Shown piece by piece: positions 24,868 to 33,390 of a DNA stretch of 64,000 nucleotides. Source of the stretch: Acidimicrobiales bacterium. Its GTDB lineage: Bacteria; Actinomycetota; Acidimicrobiia; Acidimicrobiales; Bog-793. The notes beneath the pieces are model-generated. The model had not been told where the DNA came from and did not search any database. It saw only the letters and a list, made by a program, of their open reading frames with translations. Where the stretch lies: the NCBI GenBank assembly GCA_050012675.1, contig JBEKGS010000001.1:733-64732 (forward strand), in the 5' to 3' direction. The translations under genes and the position numbers were made by a program. Within the stretch, counting starts at the first letter, position 1. Every line of letters begins with the position of its first letter.

Positions 24868-25677
24868 ATGCGCCGGGCCCTTTTCTTGCCTGCCTTCGAC
24901 GGGCTGGCTGACCCCGATCGCCTCGTCCATCTGGCCGTGCAAGCCGAGTTCGCGGGTTGGGACGGTTTTTTCCTGTGGGATCACCTCCTGTACGCCGAGC
25001 CGGTGCGCGACATCCTCGACCCATACGTGTGCCTGGCCGCCATTGCCCAGGCAACCTCGAGAATCCAGCTCGGACCGCTCGTGACGCCCTTGGTACGCCG
25101 GCGCCCGGCGGTGGTCGCCCGCCAGGCCGTCACCCTCGACCTGCTCTCGCACGGGCGCCTAGTGCTCGGGTTTGGCATCGGTGACGACGGCGGTCCCCCA
25201 GGCGAACTCTCCGCTTTCGGTGAGATTCTCGATGCCGCCGCCCGGGGACGTGCGCTGAGCGAGGGTCTCGCAATCCTCACTGGACTGTTTTCGGGCGAGA
25301 AGGTGCACCATGAGGGCGAGTTCTTCCGTGCCGCGGATATCAGCTTCTCGCCTACGCCTTGGGGGCCAGGTGGTATCCCCATCTGGCTAGCAGCGCGCTG
25401 GCCCAACCGGGCGCCGATCCGCCGGGCCGCCAGGTTCCAGGGGGTCGTCGTCATCCAGATGACCCGGCCCGCCGACGTGGCGAAACTGCGTGAACAGCTC
25501 CGCGAGGCGGGTGCCGACCTTGAGCACTTCGAGATCGTGGTGGTGGCCAGCGGCGGCGAGGACGCCAGCGCCTGGGCCGAGGCAGGCGTGACTTGGCTGC
25601 TGACCCAGCTGGGGCCCTATCGGTTGAACTTTGACGAAGCCCTCGAGGTGGTGGCGGCGGGGCCGAGCGCGACCTGA
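24868..25677 (+). CDS. LLM-class (luciferase-like) flavin/F420-dependent oxidoreductase
   Basis: Blocks GWDGFFLWDHL, RIQLGPLVTP and GRLVLGFGIG are typical of the luciferase-like monooxygenase fold. Confidence 0.8.
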   Translation: MRRALFLPAFDGLADPDRLVHLAVQAEFAGWDGFFLWDHLLYAEPVRDILDPYVCLAAIAQATSRIQLGPLVTPLVRRRPAVVARQAVTLDLLSHGRLVLGFGIGDDGGPPGELSAFGEILDAAARGRALSEGLAILTGLFSGEKVHHEGEFFRAADISFSPTPWGPGGIPIWLAARWPNRAPIRRAARFQGVVVIQMTRPADVAKLREQLREAGADLEHFEIVVVASGGEDASAWAEAGVTWLLTQLGPYRLNFDEALEVVAAGPSAT

Positions 25678-26282
25678 CAAGCCTCCGGAGGAACCGGGCG
25701 GCTCAACTTCTCCGAACTGGAGAGCGTCATCTCTAGTCGGAAAGTGAGGTTGCTGGTCGGCGATCCGCATGAACAAAGCTCTGATATGACGAGGTGTCGG
25801 TCTCGTCCGTGAGCGCCTCGACGTGCGCGTGACGACGTCCAGCAGTCCATCGCCCGGCGCCGGTTCGTCCTCCTACATCATGCCCAGGGCCTGCAAATGC
25901 GCCGGGAGACGCAGGCGACGCTCGTCGGACCGGAGCCCAGCCGCAATCTCCGAGGGCCGTAATTTGGTTCCAGGTCTCCCTTACAACTATTGTTAGGGAA
26001 ACCTGAATCATGTGTCGTACAGTGAACGACTGGCAAGCCGATGCGTTGCGAAGGGCTCTATCTTGTGCAGTCCAATGCCATTGCGGCCCATGGCGTGGCG
26101 TCACCGTTCGTGTCGACAACGGCCTTCCAGCGCGGTGCCGATGAAGGTCTCACTGATCATCCATCTCCGTACGTGGAACGAAGTGTTCGCACCATCCGGC
26201 ACCTGAAACCGGCGACACTTGTGGCCCTTCCAATCATCGCAGTTGCCCGAGGTAGCTCTCTCGGCGGACAGCTTGTCGCGAC

Positions 26283-27584
26283 ATGACAAGCGTCTTGCCC
26301 TCGAGAGTGGACCTGGAGGTACAGCCGCGCCCGGTCGAAAAGGACAAGAGGCGAAGGACACGCTGGTTGGTCGTTCCGCTGCTGGCCCTCTGTGGTCCAG
26401 GCCTTGTGGTAATGCTCGCCGACACCGACGCTGGAAGTCTCATAACTGCCGCCCAGTCCGGGGCCAAGTGGGGATACGAGATGGTCCTTCCCCAGCTCGT
26501 GCTCATCCCGGTCCTCTACATCGTCCAGGAGATGACCGTCCGGCTTGGTGTGCTTACCGGAAAGGGTCACGGGGCCCTCATACGCGAGCACTTCGGACGG
26601 GGATGGGGGTTGCTGTCGGCCGGGATGCTCTTTCTTGCGGGCACCGGGGCACTGCTCACAGAATTTGCGGGCGTTGCCGGCGTGGGCCAGCTCTTCGGCG
26701 TCCCCCGCCTGTTGACCGTCCCGGTGGCCGCCGCGTTCCTCATCGGCATCGCCATGACCGGCAGTTACCGTCGTGTCGAACGTATCGGGATCGCGCTCGG
26801 CCTCGCGGAACTGGCCTTCATACCGGCAGTCGTGATGGCGCATCCGAGCTTCAGCGCCATCGGCCGGGGCCTCGGGCATGTGCCGCTCGGTAACAGCTCA
26901 TTCACGCTGCTGCTAGCTGCCAACGTCGGCGCCGTAATCATGCCGTGGATGATCTTCTATCAGCAGGGCGCGGTGCTCGACAAGGGACTGCGAGTTCAAG
27001 ACATCCCGCGGGAACGGCGTGTCACCGCTGTCGGTGCGGTGCTCACCCAGTTGATCATGGTCGCCGTCGTCGCCGCCTTTGCGGCGACAATTGCCCGCCA
27101 CCATCTCGGGGTCGCGCTCGACAGTGTCGGGGAGATGTCCTTGGCGCTGCGCCCGTTCATAGGCGGAGTCGGGTCGAAGGTCCTTCTCGGGGCCGCAGTC
27201 CTCGGCGCTGCCCTTGTCGCGGGTCTGGTCGCGTCCCTGGCCGGTGCATGGGGGATCTCCGAGGTTTTCGGGTGGACACACAGCCTCAACGGCCTGCCGT
27301 GCCGCAAGAACGCGAAGTTCTACATCGTCTACGGCCTTGCCCATGTCGTGGGCGCGGTTGTAGTTCTCTTGAGTTTTGATCTCGTCAACCTCGTCGTCGA
27401 TGTCGAGGTGATGAACGCGCTCCTGCTGCCGATCGTGCTCGGTCTGTTGTTGGCCCTCGAGGCGCGGGCGCTGCCCTACGAGCACCGAATGCACGGGTGG
27501 CGCCGGGGACTCGCAACTGGGCTGTGTGTCGTGGTCATCGGGTTCGGTCTCTACATCGCGCTCGTGACGCTCAGACACCTGTAG
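26283..27584 (+). CDS. mntH: NRAMP family divalent metal (Mn2+/Fe2+) transporter
   Basis: Motifs include MLADTDAGSLITAAQSGAKWGY and QEMTVRLGV, with about 11 transmembrane segments. Confidence 0.9.
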   Translation: MTSVLPSRVDLEVQPRPVEKDKRRRTRWLVVPLLALCGPGLVVMLADTDAGSLITAAQSGAKWGYEMVLPQLVLIPVLYIVQEMTVRLGVLTGKGHGALIREHFGRGWGLLSAGMLFLAGTGALLTEFAGVAGVGQLFGVPRLLTVPVAAAFLIGIAMTGSYRRVERIGIALGLAELAFIPAVVMAHPSFSAIGRGLGHVPLGNSSFTLLLAANVGAVIMPWMIFYQQGAVLDKGLRVQDIPRERRVTAVGAVLTQLIMVAVVAAFAATIARHHLGVALDSVGEMSLALRPFIGGVGSKVLLGAAVLGAALVAGLVASLAGAWGISEVFGWTHSLNGLPCRKNAKFYIVYGLAHVVGAVVVLLSFDLVNLVVDVEVMNALLLPIVLGLLLALEARALPYEHRMHGWRRGLATGLCVVVIGFGLYIALVTLRHL

Positions 27585-27710
27585 TTCTCTCGCGTGTCCC
27601 CTCAGCGCGGTATTGCCGTTTCGGAGAGACCTTCACCCGACTTGCCGGCGCGAGGGGAGGCGAATTACGCCGCCACCGTGCCATGCCGGTTGTAGAATCC
27701 GCTTCGCATC

Positions 27711-28379
27711 ATGGCGCCGAGCGCACATCCTCCTGTGGAGGAGTATCTCCAGATGATCGCCATTCTCGGCGAAGAGGGGATTCCCGCGGTCCAGGCCCAG
27801 CTTGCCAAACGACTTGGGAAAACCCCTGCGGCGGTCTCCGAGGTCATCCTCCGTCTCGAGGCCGACGGTTACATCACGCGCGACGGCCGCGTGATCACTC
27901 TGACCGATGAGGGCCGTGCGGTGGCGACGGCCGTGATCAGGCGGCACCGCCTCGCTGAGCGGCTGTTGGTCGATATCATCGGCATCTCCTGGTCCGCCGC
28001 CCACCTCGAAGCGGGGCGGTGGGAGCACGTGATCTCAGACGTGGTCGAGGAGCATCTCGTCGCCCTGCTGGGAGATCCGGCTACTTGTCCGCATGGCAAT
28101 CCGATCCCGGGGAGCCATAACTCCGCACCCACCCGTTTCGAGCTCACTGCCCTCAGCGACGTCGAAACAGGCCTGCCGGTCCGCGTGGCGCGTATCAGCG
28201 AGGATGTCGAGCAGGACCGGGCCTCTCTCATCTTCTTGGAGGGAGCAGGTTTCATCCCCGGCGCAGCCGTCAAAGTTGTGGAGAACCAACCGGACGGCAC
28301 GCTGCTGCTCGAGATCGGGGGCGGGCTACGAGCAGTCGGAGCCGCGCTTGCTCAGCGACTGCTCGTCGACCGCGCCTGA
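27711..28379 (+). CDS. DtxR/MntR family metal-dependent transcriptional regulator with C-terminal FeoA/SH3-like domain
   Basis: Blocks VEEYLQMIAILGEEG, VIRRHRLAERLL and CPHGNPIP are present. TAGAAT lies at 27693-27698, just upstream of the start. Confidence 0.9.
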   Translation: MAPSAHPPVEEYLQMIAILGEEGIPAVQAQLAKRLGKTPAAVSEVILRLEADGYITRDGRVITLTDEGRAVATAVIRRHRLAERLLVDIIGISWSAAHLEAGRWEHVISDVVEEHLVALLGDPATCPHGNPIPGSHNSAPTRFELTALSDVETGLPVRVARISEDVEQDRASLIFLEGAGFIPGAAVKVVENQPDGTLLLEIGGGLRAVGAALAQRLLVDRA

Positions 28380-28630
28380 GAGGGGGCTCAGTCTGCCTGA
28401 CCGGGCTGAGGTGCGCGCTCCGCGCGGTCGTTCCCCGGCGCGTCCGCGGCGAGGAGCAGTACCACGCACCATCCACATCGATACAGCGGTGAATCGCCGC
28501 CGATGCAGAGCAGGTTCGTCGGCATTCGTGAGCTGGCGTCAGCTCGTTCCTACAGCTGGACCGCCAGTTTGACTCGTGCCCACTCCAGGGGGTGACTGGT
28601 CGCGGATGAGCGAGCGAGGTGGCCTCACCC

Positions 28631-29239
28631 CTACGGGCTCGGCAGCCGGGCGCCTCCGGATGGTGCCGGGAAGGCCTGGTGAGCTGCCGCGGAAGCGGGC
28701 GTGCCGCCGCGTCGCGGTGAAGCAAACACCCTGGCCGTGATCATGTCGGTGGAGCACAGGTCGTAGACGCGCTCGAACGTGTCGAGGACGAGGCGGCCCA
28801 CGTCCCTCGTGTCGGGGTAGATCGTCGCCTGCGTCGCCCACCAGTTGGGCTTGGCCGGAAGACGGGGCGTACTCCATCCGATGGTGGCGAGGATCTCCTC
28901 ATCCTCGGTGCTCAGGCGGTCGGAACCTTCCAGGAAGTTGTTCGAGGAGGCCTCGGCGACGACCGAGCCGTCTTCGCAGACCAGCAACTGCACGTAACGC
29001 CCAGGTGGAAGGCCGGCATCGAGAATGAGGATCCACCGGCCCGGACTGTCGACGAGCAGGTCGACCAGCCCGACAAGGTCGCGCTTGAGCGCCATAACTG
29101 TCATGGTCCAAGTCGCCGGCTCGGTCCTTGCCGACGGGACCGTCGACGGGGAGATCGCGTGCTCCCGTTGCGCTGCCAGGAGCTCGTCGACGTCGAGGAA
29201 CCACTTCTGCAGTTCCGCGCGACTATCACGACGGGTCAT
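28631..29239 (-). CDS. YbjN/TY-Chap-like domain protein (hypothetical)
   Basis: The ATG at 29239 has a GAGGAGGG SD. The block YVQLLVCEDGSVVAEASSNNFLEGSDRLSTEDEEILATIGWSTP...PNWW resembles YbjN-type chaperone-like domains. Confidence 0.6.
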   Translation of the reverse strand: MTRRDSRAELQKWFLDVDELLAAQREHAISPSTVPSARTEPATWTMTVMALKRDLVGLVDLLVDSPGRWILILDAGLPPGRYVQLLVCEDGSVVAEASSNNFLEGSDRLSTEDEEILATIGWSTPRLPAKPNWWATQATIYPDTRDVGRLVLDTFERVYDLCSTDMITARVFASPRRGGTPASAAAHQAFPAPSGGARLPSP

Positions 29240-29500
29240 GTTGCCCTCCTCATCGCCTGGCGTTGGCACCGTGCCTTGAGTCGGTTGCCGAACCGTCAAC
29301 GGGCCAGGTCCCTCGGGTCACTCTGGATGAGACAACCAGGAGAATACCCGGAGGTTGTGTCACTGAGGTCGGGCGATCGGCGCCCCTTTAGCCCTCGTCG
29401 GGTTGTCCGCAGCGCAAGAGACTGCGAGGTGCCAGAAAGACGCGTCCGACCCGGAGCGGCCGGGGCGTCTCCTGTCGGGGGTGCTGGATCGAGGGGTGAG

Positions 29501-32032
29501 ATGTCTGCCTTGCAGAACCCAACGTTCAGCACAGTCCGGCAGTTCTCCGGGCAGCGGACCTCTCCCAAGCCCATGAAAGGATGGCGCTATGACAGCATGG
29601 TCCATGAAAGCGCGCCAGAGAGGACCCCGATGACGAGTTTGCAGGCCCCGAAGTTCAATGCTCGCAGTGCGGACGGTGGTGCTGTCGCTGTCGAACGTCT
29701 CTATGCGGCGGCAGAGTCGGACTTCGCTCACTTCGAAGTCATCAAGGACCTCGTGGATGAGTGCATCGATCTGTCGCTGAACTACCGCCAGAGCGGACAT
29801 CCGGGCGGCTCGCGCTCCAAGGTCCATGTCCTGCTCGCTTTGCTTCTCTCAGGGGCCATGCGCTGGGACCTCCGCCGTCCCTGGTTGCGTTTCGGCGACC
29901 GATTCGTGCTCTCCGCCGGGCACACGGCGCCTCTGGTCTATGCGACACTCGCCGTGCTGAACGAGGGACTCCGGGCGCGCCACGACCGGACCGGCGATCC
30001 GCGCTATGCCTTCCCCGACGACGGTCGATGGGCCTTGACGTGGGAATCGTTGCTACAGCTGCGTCATCGCGGAGGATTGCCGGGACATCCGGAGATGGCG
30101 GGTCGAACCTTGTTCCTCAAGTTCAACACCGGTCCTTCCGGCCACGGCATGGCGCCCGCGGCGGGCGAGGCGCTCGCGCTCAAGCTCGCTGGAGCAGAGG
30201 AAGTCAAGGTCTTCGTGGTGGAAGGCGAGGGTGGGCTGACCGCCGGGGGCAGCCACGAGACCAAGAACCTGGCGTGGGGGCTAGGTCTGGTCAATCTGGT
30301 GTTCCTGATCGACTGGAACGACTTCGGCATCGACTCGCGTGCCGCGTCGAGCGTGGTCCACGGTTCGCCTGTTGATTGGTTCGCCCCTTACGGCTGGCGG
30401 GTCACGGGCACCGAGCACGGATCGGAATGGGGCCCGGTGACCAGGGCAGTCCTGGAGAGCGCCTGCGGGGCCAATCCCGATGGGGTGCCGAGCGTCGCCT
30501 GGTTCAAGACCCGCAAGGGCCGAGGTTACGGGAAGTACGACCACAAGAGCCACGGCACTCCGTGGCCGAGGAACTCGGAGGAGTTCTGGGCGGTGCGCAA
30601 GCAGTTCATGAGTCGTTACGGTGTCGAGTACGCAGGCGTCGACGAGCCTGCGCCGAGCGATCAGTCCGCGCTGCACGCCCAGGCTGAAGAGAACCTGCGC
30701 GTCGCGCTCGAGGTGCTGCGCCGGGATGAAACTCTGGTCGACTGGCTTTCCGAGCGGCTCTTGAGCATCGCCGACTCGGTGCCGAGCCACATCGACGGCT
30801 TCCGCCTCGACGCCGGCGCGGGCGTGCCCTTCTCGGATTCCCGGCTCTTCGACTTCAACAGCTACCCGGACCAGATGTGGAAGAAGCCCGGGGAGAAGGC
30901 GGCAAACCGCGCTGCTCTAGGAGCGTGGGGGTCGTACGTGAACGCCTCGGCCAAGCGATCTTACGGTCGTCCCCTTTTCATCGCCTGCTCGGCCGACCTT
31001 GCGGAGTCGACGAACATCTCAGGGTTCGCGGAGGACTTCGGGGACCTCCCGGGCTTCGGCTGGTACGAGCGTGATGAGAACCCGACCGGAGCCCTGCTAC
31101 CCACAGAGATCACCGAGTTCGCCAACGCCGGTCTTTTGACCGGCCTGGCATCGGTCAACCTCGCCGACGACCCGTTCGCCCGCTTCGACGGGTTCTGGGG
31201 TGCGTGCTCGACATACGGAGCCTTCTCGTATCTCAAGTACGGGCCGATGCGGCTTTTCAGCCAGCTCGCTCAAGACTGCGAGCTGAAGGTCGGAAAGCTC
31301 CTGTGGATCGCGGGTCACTCCGGCCCCGAGACGGCAGACGACTCCCGTACCCATTTCGGGATCTTCGAGACAGGCGTCACTCAGTTGTTCCCCGAGGGCA
31401 AGGTCGTCGATCTGCACCCATGGGAGTACAACGAGGTGCCGGTCGTCCTCGGCGCCGCCTTCGCGAGCGATGTGCCCATCGTCGCGTTGCATCTCACTCG
31501 TCCGGCAATCGAGATCCCCGACCGTGCCTTGCTCAAGATACCGTCCCATCTCGCCGCCGCCCGGGGTGCCTACGTCCTGCGCCAGTTCGAAACTGGCAGG
31601 CCGAAGGCGGGAACCGTGTACGTGAGAGGAACGATGCCTACCCGGAACCTCTTGCAGGTGCTGCCGGAGCTCGATCGCCTCGGGCTCAACGTCAAGGTGA
31701 TCGCCGCCATCAGCACCCAGCTGTTCAGGATGCAAAGCCGTGACTACCGCGACGGCGTCGTCGGACCTGGCGACCGGGTCGATGCCATGGTCGTGACCAA
31801 CGGCGCCTTCAAGCTGATGAACGACTGGGCCGAGGGGTCGATCGTGCGGGAGTACTCCCTTTCCGCGGACTGGGACGACACCTGGCGGACGGGGGGGACC
31901 GTGGACGAGGTCATCGACGAGGCCCATCTCGCCCCGGAGCACATCGTTTCTGCCATAGAGCGGTTCGTGACCGAACGCCCACGGCGACTGGAGATGATGC
32001 ACGCGACCATGGACGCAGTCGAGCGTCTCTAG
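29501..32032 (+). CDS. atypical long transketolase-family thiamine-diphosphate enzyme
   Basis: Motifs include SGHPGGS, a ThDP motif reading GEGGLTAGGSHETKNLAWGLGLVNLVFLIDWND, the Pyr domain EFANAG and a C-terminal domain. The start is uncertain: ATG 29501 has a GAGGGG SD, and alternatives are 29573 and 29630. Confidence 0.8.
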   Translation: MSALQNPTFSTVRQFSGQRTSPKPMKGWRYDSMVHESAPERTPMTSLQAPKFNARSADGGAVAVERLYAAAESDFAHFEVIKDLVDECIDLSLNYRQSGHPGGSRSKVHVLLALLLSGAMRWDLRRPWLRFGDRFVLSAGHTAPLVYATLAVLNEGLRARHDRTGDPRYAFPDDGRWALTWESLLQLRHRGGLPGHPEMAGRTLFLKFNTGPSGHGMAPAAGEALALKLAGAEEVKVFVVEGEGGLTAGGSHETKNLAWGLGLVNLVFLIDWNDFGIDSRAASSVVHGSPVDWFAPYGWRVTGTEHGSEWGPVTRAVLESACGANPDGVPSVAWFKTRKGRGYGKYDHKSHGTPWPRNSEEFWAVRKQFMSRYGVEYAGVDEPAPSDQSALHAQAEENLRVALEVLRRDETLVDWLSERLLSIADSVPSHIDGFRLDAGAGVPFSDSRLFDFNSYPDQMWKKPGEKAANRAALGAWGSYVNASAKRSYGRPLFIACSADLAESTNISGFAEDFGDLPGFGWYERDENPTGALLPTEITEFANAGLLTGLASVNLADDPFARFDGFWGACSTYGAFSYLKYGPMRLFSQLAQDCELKVGKLLWIAGHSGPETADDSRTHFGIFETGVTQLFPEGKVVDLHPWEYNEVPVVLGAAFASDVPIVALHLTRPAIEIPDRALLKIPSHLAAARGAYVLRQFETGRPKAGTVYVRGTMPTRNLLQVLPELDRLGLNVKVIAAISTQLFRMQSRDYRDGVVGPGDRVDAMVVTNGAFKLMNDWAEGSIVREYSLSADWDDTWRTGGTVDEVIDEAHLAPEHIVSAIERFVTERPRRLEMMHATMDAVERL

Positions 32033-32512
32033 CGGCCAGGCCCGGCGCCGCGAGGATGATCGAGTCCGCTCGCGTCTACGAGCAGGACCTCAGGTCGTGG
32101 CTCGAGCCTCTCCAGCGCGCGGGCGAGGATCGGGCCTTGTCTCAGGGCCAACAGGTCGGGCACGTACGGGAACGGGACACGTGAGGCCACGACGCTCTGG
32201 GCGAGGACGTCGTCGGCCTGCCTGGGGCGCCCGAGGGTCATGGCACCTCTCAGATGGTGGTCGGTCCTGCGGCCCTGCAGGTCCGCTGCGCCGGCGCGCC
32301 AGGTGACGGCCGTTCACGCCCGGTCGCCCGACTGGCCGGGACCGGGGCCGGCGCGGGCGTAGGCGATGAAGCACCCGTCGAAAAAGGCCCGATGGCCCGA
32401 TGCCAGAAATTGGCTGGGCCGCTCGTGTTTGCGCCGCGGCCGCAGCGAGCCGGTACTGCAGCTCCACGAGCTCTTCGTCGTTCTTGGGCCATCCCCACGA
32501 CTCGGCTGGCAC
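32029..32512 (-). pseudogene. nfi: decayed endonuclease V gene
   Basis: The N-terminus (M)PAESWGWPKNDEELVELQYRLAAA is in one frame. The core VPFPYVPDLLALRQGP...PEVLLVDASGLDHPRG is in another frame with an in-frame TGA at 32314-32316. The recognisable gene ends at about residue 120-130, where it meets the convergent transketolase stop. Confidence 0.7.
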
Positions 32513-32580
32513 AACACGATTCTCGCCGACTCACAGCCCCGGGCGGGCTCCGAGGCGCCAACGATGGCTACCCTGGTGCA

Positions 32581-32847
32581 GTGAAGGGTGACCGGGTGGA
32601 GGTCCTCGTCGATGTGGGAGCCGGGGTCGAGCGTTTCGAGATCGAAGCGACTCGGGCCGGAAGGCGCGTCGAGGTGGGAAACGCCCGAGGAATAGTCGAG
32701 GTCACGGAGGTCACACGCTCCGGGACGCCGGTCCGCACCGCGCGGTTCATGGTCGCCAAGGTCGTTGCAGTGGTGGAGCATCCAGCCCGTGACCGAGAAC
32801 CCGACGCCCCGCGCCGGAGCGCCCGCGAGGAAGGGGAAACTCAATGA
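32581..32847 (+). CDS. small hypothetical protein, translationally coupled to the USP gene
   Basis: A GTG at 32581 lies in frame within track ORF 32254..32847. The stop forms an ATGA overlap with the next start. The product VKGDRVEVLVDVGAGVERFEIEATRAG... looks beta-rich. No family was recognised. Confidence 0.35.
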   Translation: MKGDRVEVLVDVGAGVERFEIEATRAGRRVEVGNARGIVEVTEVTRSGTPVRTARFMVAKVVAVVEHPARDREPDAPRRSAREEGETQ

Positions 32848-33284
32848 CAGACGTTCCGCACCGGCCGGTGATCGTCGTCGGCGTCGACGGTTCGCCGCAG
32901 GCTACGTTCGCGCTCGAGGTGGCGATCGAAGAAGCTCGTCTTCGGCGGGCGGTCCTGCATGTCACCTACGCCTATCCCGCAATGGGTGCCCAGATCACGG
33001 GATCCACGGCCAAGGAGTACTACGGGGAGACCGAACACGACGCGAGGCAGGTTCTCGAACGGGCCGCGGCCGCGGCACAGTCCATGGAAGGTCTCGAGGT
33101 CGAGTGGCTGGGCATTCCTGGGAACCCGTCCGAGGTGCTCATCGAGGCCAGCCGAGGGGCCAGTTTGTTGGTGGTCGGCTCGAGGGGACTGGGCGGGTTC
33201 AGGGGCCTCTTGATGGGATCGGTCTCAAATCAGTGCGTTCACCACGCCCACTGCCCGGTGCTCGTCGTCCGCAGCGAGCACTGA
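32844..33284 (+). CDS. universal stress protein (UspA family)
   Basis: Blocks VIVVGVDGSPQA and LLVVGSRGLGGFRGLLMGSVSNQCVHHAHCPVLVV are present. Confidence 0.9.
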   Translation: MTDVPHRPVIVVGVDGSPQATFALEVAIEEARLRRAVLHVTYAYPAMGAQITGSTAKEYYGETEHDARQVLERAAAAAQSMEGLEVEWLGIPGNPSEVLIEASRGASLLVVGSRGLGGFRGLLMGSVSNQCVHHAHCPVLVVRSEH

Positions 33285-33390
33285 GCCGTAGCTCGCGCCG
33301 GTCCGCAGCGACCGGGCAGGTTGTGGGCAAACCGTTCCGGGAGTGCCCGGAGGCACAAGCCCACGCACAAGACCCTTGGCTCGGCCAGGG

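Noticed and set aside
25993-26007. TTAGGGAAACCTGAA, which resembles DtxR/IdeR half-sites (TTAGG...CCTAA).
   Set aside because: It is only 15 bp, against a 19-bp consensus as I recall it. One arm is imperfect, and it lies about 275 nt upstream of the mntH start. That is too weak to call as a site.
31912-32040. A possible continuation of nfi (HPRGA-GLAAR...PVAVGVRSR) antisense to the last roughly 120 nt of the transketolase-like gene.
   Set aside because: The G-L-A spacing after HPR fits after a 1-nt shift, and VGVRSR vaguely resembles IGVAKSR. However, the spacing is off by about 6 residues and the region is antisense to a coding gene. This cannot be distinguished from chance without an alignment.
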